From: Anaerolineae bacterium
GTDB lineage: Bacteria > Chloroflexota > Anaerolineae > B4-G1 > DUEL01
Reading direction: 5' to 3'
Length of the DNA stretch: 64,000 nucleotides
NCBI GenBank assembly: GCA_041082215.1
Contig: JBDOIF010000041.1
Coordinates: forward strand, 62,001 to 126,000
The first letter of the stretch is position 1. Each line of letters opens with the position of its first letter. Both the position numbers and the translations under genes were made by a program. Positions 37,301-45,814 of this stretch are shown in pieces. The notes beneath the pieces were generated by a model. The model ran no database searches. It was not told the origin of the DNA and saw nothing but the letters and a program-made list of their open reading frames with translations.

Positions 37301-37438
37301 GCCGATCCCCGGCGCGGGATCCAGCAGATAGACCTTGTAGCCGGCCTCTGCCAAAAGCAGCGCCGATTGCATTCCGCCGATCCCTGCGCCGACGATCAGG
37401 ACAGCGTTGTTTCCAGAGCTGGTGTCGTTCTTGGTCAC
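34358..37438 (-). CDS. hdrA: Tandem (double-module) HdrA-family flavoprotein
   Basis: LDRTFPTDSCGIC, inserted ferredoxin, CVGSRD/CSSVCC, PKDIP, second FAD module, C-terminal ferredoxin. Confidence 0.9.
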   Translation of the reverse strand: MTKNDTSSGNNAVLIVGAGIGGMQSALLLAEAGYKVYLLDPAPGIGGSMHLLDRTFPTDSCGICHMLPGRAAYCPTIECDLHPNIEIVPYAELLALDGEPGAFTARIWRKARYVSVERCINCGRCAEVCPAERPDVVAGYDVSGFRPGGPETIRPETPRKAIYRPPLRAVPLAYVIDMDRCTRCGRCVEVCPTDAIDLDMQPVADELAVGAVILSPGFEPFDARLKGEYGFGYYENVLSSIQFERMISHAGATGAHIIRPSDGRPPGRIAFIHCVGSRDVSIGKGYCSSVCCMYTAKQVRVAKFLQPELEVTVFFMDIRTHGKDFEEYFDRVRSLPGVTYRRSMVSSVHEVPTTGDLLVNYVAEDGEVREEPFDMVVLGVGFGPPSGVQALGRELGVALNSYGFGVADPFMPEQSTRPGVFLAGSFREPKDIPETVVEASAVAAAATLTLPPMPSRGGEAAGGGVRPEERDVTWEWPRVGVFLYDQRGEIGEAIDLEAVAAYARTLPDVVWVQVVDDGFRREGPATVAAVVREQNLNRVVVAGSADRRLQGPFRQAVASAGLNPNLLEWVNLRGEVAGAFGVNGRVATEAAKELVAAGVAGAIRREPFRPPQEELARRVLVIGGGLAGMTAALTLAEMGIPVDLVERSDRLGGQLRHLHILLGGADPQAALASLIERVGRQPRIRVRMRTEVRAVSGRLGQFRATLGEVGGEAQEEVYGAVIVATGGQEVTPTEYCYGEDPRVVTQRQLEEMLAEGKEVPSDVVMIQCVGSREPERPYCSRICCTKAIVNALAIKERNPEARVTVLYREIRTYGFREDAYREAREKGVVFLRYELPDKPVVTVEPDGLRVRLVEPIAGQEVVIPAGLLVLSVGIEPEDNRALAEALGVELDGNGFFREEHPKMRPLDFTQRGLFVCGLAHSPRAVDETILMAKGAAMRAVSLLARGRIEAQPTVAQVNTRLCSACGLCVEACPYGARVLEPGGPYAEVIEALCQGCGVCAMVCPNKATQQVGYAARRVYEMMDAVV
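36041..36099. repeat. REP-like palindrome (cctcaccc...gggtgagg) inside the hdrA linker
   Basis: cctcacccctcccccgg...gggagggcatagggggtagggtgagg; encodes TLTLPPMPSRGGEAAGGGVR. Confidence 0.55.
36968..37031. repeat. Degenerate heptamer (cctgaaa) inverted element inside hdrA
   Basis: gtttcggg...tctcagg / cctgaaa cccgaaa catcataa cctgcaa; adds about 15 aa relative to the paralogues. Confidence 0.55.
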
Positions 37439-37454
37439 AGGCTCCTCCATCATA

Positions 37455-37520
37455 CAACACGTGATACGCAGTACGCAGTACGCAATACGCAATACGCATC
37501 ACGTATTCCGTATTCCGTAT
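37455..37520. repeat. Heptamer tandem/inverted repeat element
   Basis: atacgca gtacgca gtacgca atacgca atacgca / cgtattc cgtattc cgtat; supplies the last codons of hdrB. Confidence 0.85.
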
Positions 37521-38353
37521 TTCTCCAAGACCGGTCTGGGATCCACGGTATGCTTTCTCAGCCACTTCTCCACGTCGGTCAGGCCGAAGGCCAGGGCCAT
37601 CAGCTCCGTGAAGTAGAGGACAGGGACCTTTTTCTCCAGCGCCTGACGGGTGTCCAGATTGATCTGGCACATCCCGCAGGCGCAGGCGATCACATCGGCC
37701 CCGGCCTCCTGGGCCGCCCGGGCCAGCCGGGTAGAGAGGGTGACGACCACTTCACTCCGGCTCAGGGAGAGGCTGGCCCCGCAGCAATCCACCTTGTACG
37801 ACCAATCCACCGGCTCTGCGCCGATCGCCTCCATGAGCCGATCCATCCGCTCCGGGTGCTCAGGGTGGTCCCAGCCGGTGATCTCCGGTGGGCGGACCAG
37901 GACGCAGCCGTAGTAAGAGACCACCCGCAGCCCTTTCAGGGGGTGGACGACCTTCTGCCGGACCCGCTCCACTACGTCTGGTTCGCTGAGGACCTCCAGC
38001 AGGTGGCGGGGGCGGCCCCTGCCGGTATAGGTGAAGCCCAGCATCTTTTCCATCTCCTGCCGCCACGACGGGTCTTCCCTGAGCTTGAGGTCGGCGGCAA
38101 GGACGTGCTGATAACAGGCCGGGCAGGGAGCGACGATGTCCAATCCCGTCTCCTGAGCCAGCGCCACGTTCCGGGCCGGCAGCCGGAGGGCAAGCTCATG
38201 GTCCAGGCTGTGGGCCGAAGAAGCCCCGCAGCAGTTCCAATCCTCCAGCTCGACCAGCTCCACACCCAGCGCCTCACAGACGTGGTCGGTGGAGAGGCCA
38301 AACTCGATGGCCGTAGTACCGATGGTGCATCCGGGATAGTAGGCGTATTTCAC
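37499..38353 (-). CDS. hdrB: Heterodisulfide reductase subunit B
   Basis: YYPGC, DWNCCGA, PCPAC, YYGC, DCCGA and ACGMCQ.NLD motifs. Confidence 0.93.
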   Translation of the reverse strand: MKYAYYPGCTIGTTAIEFGLSTDHVCEALGVELVELEDWNCCGASSAHSLDHELALRLPARNVALAQETGLDIVAPCPACYQHVLAADLKLREDPSWRQEMEKMLGFTYTGRGRPRHLLEVLSEPDVVERVRQKVVHPLKGLRVVSYYGCVLVRPPEITGWDHPEHPERMDRLMEAIGAEPVDWSYKVDCCGASLSLSRSEVVVTLSTRLARAAQEAGADVIACACGMCQINLDTRQALEKKVPVLYFTELMALAFGLTDVEKWLRKHTVDPRPVLEKYGIRNT

Positions 38354-38393
38354 GGTGTGCCCTCCTCGCTCAAGGAAACAGTAGACAAGGGAA

Positions 38394-38954
38394 CTAGAGT
38401 GAACCCTCGCCTACTTGCCTGCCTGTATCCTCCCTTTCGTACAACCGCCGGACCTGTGCCAGCCCCCGGATCCGCTCCGGCAGGAAGGAGATCTTGCCCT
38501 TCAGAATCAGGCCAACGCCCATCAACAGATCGGAGAACAGGTCCCGGCTGCGCAGCTTGTATTCCATCAGCATGCTCAGCTCATGCACCCGGCCCCATAT
38601 GCGGATACTATCCAGGAAGGAGCGGTGAAGGGCATAAACTGCCGGATCGGGTTTATATCCCTTTTCCAGGGCTATATAGCGAAGCGTGTCGAACATTGGG
38701 GCCAGCCGAATCTGGTTGGGACAGCGGGTCCCACAGGTCTCACACCCCACACAGAGCCAGATCGCCGAGCTGGAGAGCACCTTTTCCTCCTGTCCCAACT
38801 GGACCAGCCGTACCACCTGCGCGGGCTTGTAGTCCATCGCATAGGCGACGGGGCAACCAGCAGAGCACTTCTGGCAGAAATAGCAGCGCAGCAGCGGCAC
38901 GCCGCTCCGCTCCTGAACAGCCCGACCGAAGGTCAGGTCTGGCAAGTAGGCCAT
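38394..38954 (-). CDS. hdrC: Heterodisulfide reductase subunit C
   Basis: CYFCQKCSAGCP and IWLCVGCETCGTRCP motifs. Confidence 0.92.
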   Translation of the reverse strand: MAYLPDLTFGRAVQERSGVPLLRCYFCQKCSAGCPVAYAMDYKPAQVVRLVQLGQEEKVLSSSAIWLCVGCETCGTRCPNQIRLAPMFDTLRYIALEKGYKPDPAVYALHRSFLDSIRIWGRVHELSMLMEYKLRSRDLFSDLLMGVGLILKGKISFLPERIRGLAQVRRLYEREDTGRQVGEGSL

Positions 38955-38981
38955 TGCCACCTCCCGAAATCTGAAAAAGAG

Positions 38982-39554
38982 CTAGAACCTGCCTGCGTTG
39001 TCCACCAGTCGGAGCACCAGGATCGCCATATCCAGCGTCTCGCCGGTGCTGGTGATGAAATAATCCCGCAGGGTCACCTCGTGCTGAAAGCCCATATCGA
39101 GGAACCCCTGGATGATCTGGGGTTGGGTGGTGACGATCTCTCCGTATAACTGGTGGAGGCCCAATCGCCTGGCGATCTCGATCAGGCTCTGCACCATCAG
39201 CGTGCCAATCCCCCGGCGACGGTACTCCTTATCCAGGAAGATGCGCACCCAGGCCAGATGGCGATGGTAGTGCTCGCCGAAATGGAGCGTGGCATCCCCC
39301 ACCAGCCTGTCGCCCACGAAGGCGATGAGAGGGAAGACCCGATGGTAGTCCAGGTGGTCCACCCACCCTTCCACCACTTTGGGGTCTGCTGCGTCTATGC
39401 GGTACCACTCCAGGTCCTGCCGGGACGCCCGGGCGAACAGGTCCACCAGGGCCTCCCTGTCCCCCTTCTGGAGTGGCCGCAGGAGCAGCCGTGAGCCATC
39501 CGGAAGGGTCTTCACTTTCCGGTAGTTAGCCAACTGATCCCAGACGTCGCTCAT
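38982..39554 (-). CDS. GNAT family N-acetyltransferase
   Basis: LPDG..LLLRPL N-terminus, YRRRGIGT acetyl-CoA loop, MGF. Confidence 0.85.
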   Translation of the reverse strand: MSDVWDQLANYRKVKTLPDGSRLLLRPLQKGDREALVDLFARASRQDLEWYRIDAADPKVVEGWVDHLDYHRVFPLIAFVGDRLVGDATLHFGEHYHRHLAWVRIFLDKEYRRRGIGTLMVQSLIEIARRLGLHQLYGEIVTTQPQIIQGFLDMGFQHEVTLRDYFITSTGETLDMAILVLRLVDNAGRF

Positions 39555-41260
39555 TCCTTCCTCCTTTCAGCCAGCACATCTGCCATCGCCAGCATCTGTT
39601 CTGGCTCCCAGTTATGGATCCGGCTGGCTTTGTTGGGGCAGGCCACCACGCAGGCGCCACAGGTCTGGCAGAGGGCGGCGTTGACGGTAGCGACCCTGCG
39701 TACTGGATGGACCTCCCTGGCCCCATAGGGGCAGACCGCCACGCATGCACCGCAGGCAGAACAAAGGTCTTCCACCACATAGGCAACCGTCGGCTCCTGA
39801 ACCATCGCCTCCTGAGCAAACAACTGCAACACCTTTGCGGCCGCGCCGCCGGCCTGAGCCACGGCCTCCGGGATGTCCTTCGGTCCCTGCCCGGCCCCGG
39901 CCAGGAAGATGCCAGCCGTCAGGCTTTCCACCGGCCGCAGCTTGGGATGGGCCTCGCTGTAGAAACCGTAGCTATCGGTCTGAATGTGCAGCGTCTGGGC
40001 CAGTGGGACCGCCTCCCGGCTGGGCAACATCGGCGTGGCCAGCACCACCAGGTCCGCCTCCACCTCCACAGGACGGCCAGCCAGTGTATCCGCCCCCCAC
40101 ACCACCACCCGATCCCCACGGCGGAAGATTTTGCTCACCCTTCCCCGCAGGTAGAGCACGTCGTGCACCTCCATCGCCTGCTGGACATACTCATCGTACC
40201 CCCTGCCGGCGGAACGGATGTCTATGTAGAAGACGTAGGCCTGGCCCTCCGGGACCCGCTCCTTGAACATCATCGCCTGTTTGGCAACATACATACAGCA
40301 GACCTTGGAGCAGTAGGAAACGCCCCGTTCCGGGTCGCGGGAGCCAGCGCACTGGACAAAGACAACCTCGCGGGGAACGCGGCCATCGGAGGGACGGCGC
40401 AGCTCTCCCTCCCGCAGCATTCCCTCGAAGGTGAGGCCGTCCACCACGTCTGGCACCTCCCCGCCGCCGTATTCCGGCAGGCGGGCCAGCGGGTAGGGGT
40501 CCCACCCTGTAGCCACCACCACCGCGCCGACCTCAACAGCCTCCGCTTTCAGGTCCGGGCCTGACACCTCGGCCCTGAAGTTCCCCACGTACCCCTCCAG
40601 GCCCGTTACCTGCGTGTTCAGCATCACCCGGATATTGGGATGGCTCAGGGCCCGCTCGACCCGCTGTTGCAGAAGGTCGGCCGCGGCCTCGAAGTTGAGA
40701 TAGGTGCCGGAGAGACGGGCCATCTTCCCCCCGAGGCGGTCCTCCCGTTCGACCAGGACCACCGGATAGCCAGCGCTGGCGATGTCCAGGGCCGCCTCCA
40801 GCCCCGCCACCCCGCCGCCGATGACCAGGGCCTGCCGGGTGATGGGGAGCTTCGAAGGAACCAGCGGCTCATCCCGCCGGACCTTCTCCACCATTGCGCG
40901 GACGATCTCGACCGCCTTCCCGGTGGCCTGGTCCGGCTCATTTTGATGGACCCAGGAGCACTGCTCACGGATATTGGCGATCTCGCAGCGGTAGGGGTTC
41001 AGCCCGGCTGCTGCCACCGCTGCCCGGAAGGTCTTTTCGTGCATCCCTGGCGAGCAGGCAGCCACGACGACCCCATCCAGCCCGTGTTCGGCTATCGCGT
41101 CCCGGATCAACTGCTGCCCTGGATCAGAGCACATATACTTGTAATCGGTGGCGAAGGCGACGTGGGGATCCCCCCTCATCGCTTCCGCTACCCGCTCCAC
41201 ATCCACCGTAGCGGCGATGTTGATCCCACAATGACAGACGAAGACGCCGATACGGTTCAT
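39551..41260 (-). CDS. hdrA: HdrA-family flavoprotein, short form (no inserted ferredoxin)
   Basis: VCHCGINI, YMCSDPG, ACSP..HE, NIREQC, QCAGSRD, CSKVCC, QGPKDIP, C-terminal ferredoxin. Confidence 0.9.
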   Translation of the reverse strand: MNRIGVFVCHCGINIAATVDVERVAEAMRGDPHVAFATDYKYMCSDPGQQLIRDAIAEHGLDGVVVAACSPGMHEKTFRAAVAAAGLNPYRCEIANIREQCSWVHQNEPDQATGKAVEIVRAMVEKVRRDEPLVPSKLPITRQALVIGGGVAGLEAALDIASAGYPVVLVEREDRLGGKMARLSGTYLNFEAAADLLQQRVERALSHPNIRVMLNTQVTGLEGYVGNFRAEVSGPDLKAEAVEVGAVVVATGWDPYPLARLPEYGGGEVPDVVDGLTFEGMLREGELRRPSDGRVPREVVFVQCAGSRDPERGVSYCSKVCCMYVAKQAMMFKERVPEGQAYVFYIDIRSAGRGYDEYVQQAMEVHDVLYLRGRVSKIFRRGDRVVVWGADTLAGRPVEVEADLVVLATPMLPSREAVPLAQTLHIQTDSYGFYSEAHPKLRPVESLTAGIFLAGAGQGPKDIPEAVAQAGGAAAKVLQLFAQEAMVQEPTVAYVVEDLCSACGACVAVCPYGAREVHPVRRVATVNAALCQTCGACVVACPNKASRIHNWEPEQMLAMADVLAERRKE

Positions 41261-41745
41261 AGCCGCGCCTGCTCCACTGCTTCCAGAAAGTCCGCAAAAG
41301 CGCTCAGCTCAGCCCGCACTGTTGACCACAGAGCAGGCAAGACAGATACCAACCCGGCTACTTTCTCCAGCGAGAGGCTCATCGTGTATACGTTTCGCAC
41401 TAGGTGGCGAAACCTGCGGAACTCGTCCAGAGCCTTCCCGCTTTCCCGGCTGATAACAGCAGGACGTACGTTGGGGACATCCTGTGTCATCCGCCAAAGC
41501 AGGTCTCGGTGCCACATTTCGCCGCCCGGAAGTAAGCCATCCACGTGTCGCGCGATAAGTTCAAAAAGACGCTCCAATCCGGAGTAAAAGCCGTGCAGGT
41601 TCAAGGCAACCGAGTCCAGATAGGCACTTTCTTCCGGTTTCTGTCTCGCCTGTGCCCAGGCTGCCTGAACTCGTTGTACTGTGTAGTCCAGGTTGGGGAT
41701 CTCCCCTCGGATGCGTTCCACCAGTTCCAGAAGCGGAAAGTTCAC
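41257..41745 (-). CDS. HEPN-domain protein (HepT-like toxin)
   Basis: LHGFYSG.E, WHRDLL and FRHLVRNVY (R-x4-6-H-like site with Asn); coupled to the MNT gene. Confidence 0.75.
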   Translation of the reverse strand: MNFPLLELVERIRGEIPNLDYTVQRVQAAWAQARQKPEESAYLDSVALNLHGFYSGLERLFELIARHVDGLLPGGEMWHRDLLWRMTQDVPNVRPAVISRESGKALDEFRRFRHLVRNVYTMSLSLEKVAGLVSVLPALWSTVRAELSAFADFLEAVEQARL

Positions 41746-42122
41746 AATTCCACCCCATATCGCTCAATCGCTCGGCGAAGGGATTCCCCTGCCATTTCCA
41801 GTTCGATCAGGTCTACCGCACGGTCTCCAATGATTTCCTCCGCCAGCCGCCATGCTTCCCAGTAATCCTTCTCTGCTAGCCCCTCAACCACCAGGTCTAC
41901 ATCCGAATCGGGAACAAACCAGGCTCCGTGAGCCAGGGAGCCGAAAAGGATGACCCGCTTCACCCCGAAACGGGCTTTGAGAGCTTCGGCCACCTGGCGT
42001 GCAAGAGATAGGAGGCGCTCCCGTTCCGGATGCTCCGAATACGCAGGCTCTATCCGGCGGCGCCGGGCCGCCTCTAAGAAAGATTTCCAGCCATCCCGAG
42101 CCAGCTCTAAAGCAGTCGGCAT
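41742..42122 (-). CDS. Minimal nucleotidyltransferase (MNT antitoxin)
   Basis: VILFGSLAHG...SDVDL motif; real start at MPTAL, upstream ORF part overlaps the aminotransferase. Confidence 0.85.
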   Translation of the reverse strand: MPTALELARDGWKSFLEAARRRRIEPAYSEHPERERLLSLARQVAEALKARFGVKRVILFGSLAHGAWFVPDSDVDLVVEGLAEKDYWEAWRLAEEIIGDRAVDLIELEMAGESLRRAIERYGVEL

Positions 42123-42148
42123 AGTATGTCCTTCGTTCCCCGTTTCAG

Positions 42149-43288
42149 TTACACCATCCCCACCATACTCGTCCCCGCCGGCACCGCAAACCCTTTCCCC
42201 CGCAGGAACTCCTCCACGGCGAAGAGGAACTCCATCAGATAGGGTCGGGTAGCTGCCTTGCCCATATGCCCCACGCGGAAGATCTTCCCGGCCAGCGGCC
42301 CAAGCCCTCCGGATACGAGAATGCCGTGTTCCCGGGCCAGGTAGCCCATCAATGCGCCCGCATCCAGCTCCGGCCGGACCTTCACCGCTGTGGCGATAGG
42401 CGAAGCGAAAGGCTCTTCCACCAGCATCTCGAAGCCGAGCGCCTCCAGCCCCCGCCTGACCGCCTGAGCGGCCTGCCGGTAGCGGGCGAAGTGGGCCTCC
42501 AGCCCTTCCTCCAGGATCCGCGCGAGGCTCACACGCAGCCCCAGGATATTGTTGGTGGGCAGAGTGACCGGATAGGGATGCCAATCCGCCCAGTCGGTAG
42601 CGTACCGCCGCCAGGTACGCAGGTTCAGGTACCATCCCGGCTGACTGTCGTTGCCATCCACCCATTCCCAGGCCCGAGGCCCCACGGAGATGAAGGCCAG
42701 CCCTGGAGGACACTCCAGGCACTTGTTCGCCACCGTCACGCAGACGTCAACCCCCCACTCATCCACCGGCAGTGGGGTGCCGCCGAGGGAGGCAATGGCG
42801 TCCACGATTATGGGAAGCCCTGCCTCGTGGGTCGCCTCCACCAGCTCCCGGAGCGGATTGAGGACGGTAGTGGAGGTTTCATGATGGACCACGGCCACTG
42901 CCCGCGCCGACGGCTCCCGGGCCAGTGTCGAACGGAGATCGTCGGGGTCCAGCGGCCGGCCGAGGGGCGCCTCGAAGGGGACGACCCGCAGGCCGTGGGA
43001 GGCGGCGATCTCCACCAGCCGCTCGCCGAAGAAGCCGTTCTGCCCGACAATCACTGTCTTCCCGGCCGCCAGCAGGCTGCCGATGGCCATATCCATCCCC
43101 GCCGAACCGGCCCCTGGCACCAGAAATATGTCGTTATCGGTCTGAAAGACGCGCTTCAAAAGCCCCACCGTCTCCCGATAGACCTCCATCCACTCCGGGC
43201 CGTAATGGCGGGGCGTGGGCCGGGCCATCGCCTCCAGCACGGCCTCATCAACCTCACAGGGTCCAGGAATGAACAACTTGTAGCGCAT
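42149..43288 (-). CDS. Class V PLP aminotransferase (alanine/serine-glyoxylate aminotransferase family)
   Basis: IPGP, NGFFGER, HHETST, VDAIASLGG, NKCL..PPG and FRVGHMG motifs. Confidence 0.9.
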   Translation of the reverse strand: MRYKLFIPGPCEVDEAVLEAMARPTPRHYGPEWMEVYRETVGLLKRVFQTDNDIFLVPGAGSAGMDMAIGSLLAAGKTVIVGQNGFFGERLVEIAASHGLRVVPFEAPLGRPLDPDDLRSTLAREPSARAVAVVHHETSTTVLNPLRELVEATHEAGLPIIVDAIASLGGTPLPVDEWGVDVCVTVANKCLECPPGLAFISVGPRAWEWVDGNDSQPGWYLNLRTWRRYATDWADWHPYPVTLPTNNILGLRVSLARILEEGLEAHFARYRQAAQAVRRGLEALGFEMLVEEPFASPIATAVKVRPELDAGALMGYLAREHGILVSGGLGPLAGKIFRVGHMGKAATRPYLMEFLFAVEEFLRGKGFAVPAGTSMVGMV

Positions 43289-43301
43289 CCGCTGCCCCCT
43301 C

Positions 43302-44375
43302 TTATCCCACCTCCGACGGGTGAAGCCCGTCAAAGGCTGGCTCGCTGGGCGCGACCACAAATAGATAATCCCCCTCCCGCAGGAGGATGTCCTCTTTGGG
43401 ATTGATCATCAGGTGGTCTCCCTGCTCAACGGCCAGCAGGATCATCTGCAGCCGCTCTCCCATATCCACAAAAGCCTGGCGGAAGGTCCAACCGACGTAG
43501 GCGGCAGGGACCGGCACGCGATAGATCTCATCCCCCTCTCCGAAGCTCAGCAGGGAGGCGAAGAGGCGAGAGAGGCCATGGCTGACGGAGGACTGCAGGA
43601 TCAGGTACTCGCTGAACTGATTCAGGCAGACCACCTCGTCCACATTGGCGTGGCGAAAGTGATGGACGTTATCCGGATCAACGACCTCGACGGTTGTGTA
43701 GATTTCCGGGTTGAGATGTTCAACGGCCAGGGTGGTCAGGAGGGTCCTTGCATCGGGGTCGGGATGAAGGGGATCGGCCAGCACGATCGCGCCATAGGCC
43801 TCCCTGATCCCTGCCCGCAGGAGCGTCTCGTCCCTCGTCGGGTCGCCTCCGACAAAAGCGACATCCAGGTCAGGCACAGGGTTCTCGGCAAGGTCGGCCA
43901 CCAGCACCAGCGGCCGGACGTTCTTGAGGTCTTCCGACTGTAATTGCTGGATCAGACGCCGGGTCTTCGTCGTCCACCCCAGGATGATGATGTGGTCTTT
44001 CATCTCCTCCACCGCCCCTTTTCGCCCCCGCAGTTGCAGTACTGTCAACGAGGCGACCACCGTTGAGAGGAGGGTCATCCCCTCCAGGATTCCGATCACG
44101 GCCAGGATGCGGCCGCCCAGTGTGACCGGGGCGAAATCCGCGCCGCTGAAGAGGAAGATAGCGATCGCCCACAGCGCCTCGAGCGTTCCCACGGGCCCCT
44201 GGCTGATCTCCGGATTATGGTCCCGCTCGCACAGCCAGAACAGCACACCCTGAAGGAGGATGAGGGCGACCAGCAGAACGACGATGTGACCGGCGGAGAG
44301 GTGGCGCCAGAGCGTGCGGAGGTCTTTCAGCCACCTCTTTCCGCGCCTGTCCCTGGATCGCGATCGCCCCTTCAT
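43302..44375 (-). CDS. 2-TM ion channel with RCK (TrkA-N/TrkA-C) gating domains
   Basis: TM-pore-TM (LWAIAIFLFSGADFAPVTLGGR), HIIILGW, GDPT...L.RAG, D.RT, INP...L.EGD. Confidence 0.82.
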   Translation of the reverse strand: MKGRSRSRDRRGKRWLKDLRTLWRHLSAGHIVVLLVALILLQGVLFWLCERDHNPEISQGPVGTLEALWAIAIFLFSGADFAPVTLGGRILAVIGILEGMTLLSTVVASLTVLQLRGRKGAVEEMKDHIIILGWTTKTRRLIQQLQSEDLKNVRPLVLVADLAENPVPDLDVAFVGGDPTRDETLLRAGIREAYGAIVLADPLHPDPDARTLLTTLAVEHLNPEIYTTVEVVDPDNVHHFRHANVDEVVCLNQFSEYLILQSSVSHGLSRLFASLLSFGEGDEIYRVPVPAAYVGWTFRQAFVDMGERLQMILLAVEQGDHLMINPKEDILLREGDYLFVVAPSEPAFDGLHPSEVG

Positions 44376-44401
44376 CGCCCTCCTGCCAAAGCGGCAAGCC
44401 C

Positions 44402-45265
44402 TTATTCGACCCGGCCTGCAAACAGAGGGCGGGGGTCCACATAATGCCCCTCCATACCCCAGTCCTCCTCCGCAAGCCCCAGTGCGACGGCCATCAGTTG
44501 AGTGAAATAGATCACCGGGATTTCGTCGCCAGCGCGCCCGACCCCCTTCTCCCGCTGGGGCCAGTCCAGGTTAAACTGGCAGAGGGGGCAGGCGGTGACG
44601 ATGACCTGGGCGCCGTGCTCCCGTGCCGATGCGACGATGTCCCGGGACATCCTTTCCGAAATCTGGGGGTCCTTCACCGTGATATAGGAGCCACAACACT
44701 CGACGTTGTACGGGAAGTCCACCACCTCCGCGCCCAATGCCCGGAGCAGGTCATGAAGGATAGCGGGGGCTTCCGGATCATCCATCCCGATCTCATCGTA
44801 GGGCCGGAGGAGGAGGCAGCCGTAATAGGGTGCAGCCCGCAGCCCGACCAGGGGGCGAGTCACCCGCCGGGCCAACCCCTCCCAGCCCAGCTCGTCCCGC
44901 AGCAGCTCCAGCAGATGGACCACCCGGACCCGGCCCTGGTATTCCTGCTCGGTGAACCAGTTGATGCGCTCCCGCATCGCCTCGTCACGCGCCAGCGCGG
45001 TCTGGGTGCGTTTGAGGACGTGGTAGCAGATGGCGCAGAGGGCAGCCACCCGTTCACCCGCCCGTTCTGCCTGATAGAGAACCCGCGTGGGAGCGATCAG
45101 GGCCATGGAGTTATCCGTCGCCAGAGGGAAGGTTGCCCCACAGCACTGCCAATCAGGCAGCTCCACCAGCTCCATCCCCAGCGCAGCCGCCACTGCTCGC
45201 CCAGAGCGGTCGTATCCCTTCGCCTTCGTGGACAACGTGCATCCGGGATAGTACGGGATTTTCAT
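44402..45265 (-). CDS. hdrB: Heterodisulfide reductase subunit B
   Basis: YYPGC, DWQCCGA, LCAIC, YYGC, ECCGS and ACPLCQFNLD motifs. Confidence 0.93.
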   Translation of the reverse strand: MKIPYYPGCTLSTKAKGYDRSGRAVAAALGMELVELPDWQCCGATFPLATDNSMALIAPTRVLYQAERAGERVAALCAICYHVLKRTQTALARDEAMRERINWFTEQEYQGRVRVVHLLELLRDELGWEGLARRVTRPLVGLRAAPYYGCLLLRPYDEIGMDDPEAPAILHDLLRALGAEVVDFPYNVECCGSYITVKDPQISERMSRDIVASAREHGAQVIVTACPLCQFNLDWPQREKGVGRAGDEIPVIYFTQLMAVALGLAEEDWGMEGHYVDPRPLFAGRVE

Positions 45266-45266
45266 A

Positions 45267-45290
45267 GCGTACTCCGTACTGCGTATTCCG
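45267..45290. repeat. Heptamer repeat filling the hdrC-hdrB gap
   Basis: cgtactc cgtactg cgtattc. Confidence 0.7.
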
Positions 45291-45291
45291 C

Positions 45292-45696
45292 CTATTTAAT
45301 GTACTTGCGGAAGCCGCCGACGATGGCCAGTTGCGGGAGTTCGCTCACCAGGTCCTTCGGCAACCGGTTCAGGTCTATCTCGGTTGCGCCCGCCCGCAGC
45401 GAGATCTCCCGCAACGCCTCCATCAGCCGGGGCAGGTCCACCCCCTTGGGACAGCGGGAGACGCAGGTGAGACAGGAGGCGCAGATCCAGATGGTGCGGC
45501 TTTCCAGCACCTCCTCCATCCCCAACTGGGCCATCCGGATCACCTGACTGGGCAACAGGTCCATCACCGCCGCCACAGGGCAACCGGCGCTGCACTTGCC
45601 GCACTGATTGCAGGCCAGCAGGTCTTCCCCGCTGATCTCCTCCACCTCGCGGACGAACGCACCACGCACTTTATTGACCGAGATGGTCGTTCGCAT
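45292..45696 (-). CDS. hdrC: Heterodisulfide reductase subunit C (short)
   Basis: CNQCGKCSAGCP and IWICASCLTCVSRCP motifs. Confidence 0.92.
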   Translation of the reverse strand: MRTTISVNKVRGAFVREVEEISGEDLLACNQCGKCSAGCPVAAVMDLLPSQVIRMAQLGMEEVLESRTIWICASCLTCVSRCPKGVDLPRLMEALREISLRAGATEIDLNRLPKDLVSELPQLAIVGGFRKYIK

Positions 45697-45713
45697 ACCG
45701 CTCCTCAATGCTT

Positions 45714-45812
45714 CACCACAGAGACACGGAGGAAGCGAAGGTTCTACAGGGTTTTCCCCAGAGTTTCCATCCCCTCAGTGTGCCCTTTGCGTTCTCCGTG
45801 CCTCTGTGGTTT
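45714..45812. repeat. Nonamer-based inverted repeat element
   Basis: accacagagacacggag...ctccgtgcctctgtggt arms; similar to the element at 24201. Confidence 0.75.
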
Positions 45813-45814
45813 CC

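Noticed and set aside
42123..42722. 326 aa version of the MNT ORF (and the similar arsM extension to 30168)
   Set aside because: Extensions overlap upstream genes in another frame and have no domain signal
12358..45696. Methanogenesis or sulfate reduction inferred from hdr genes
   Set aside because: No mcr, mtr, dsr, apr or sat genes in the window; the pathway is the bacterial THF type
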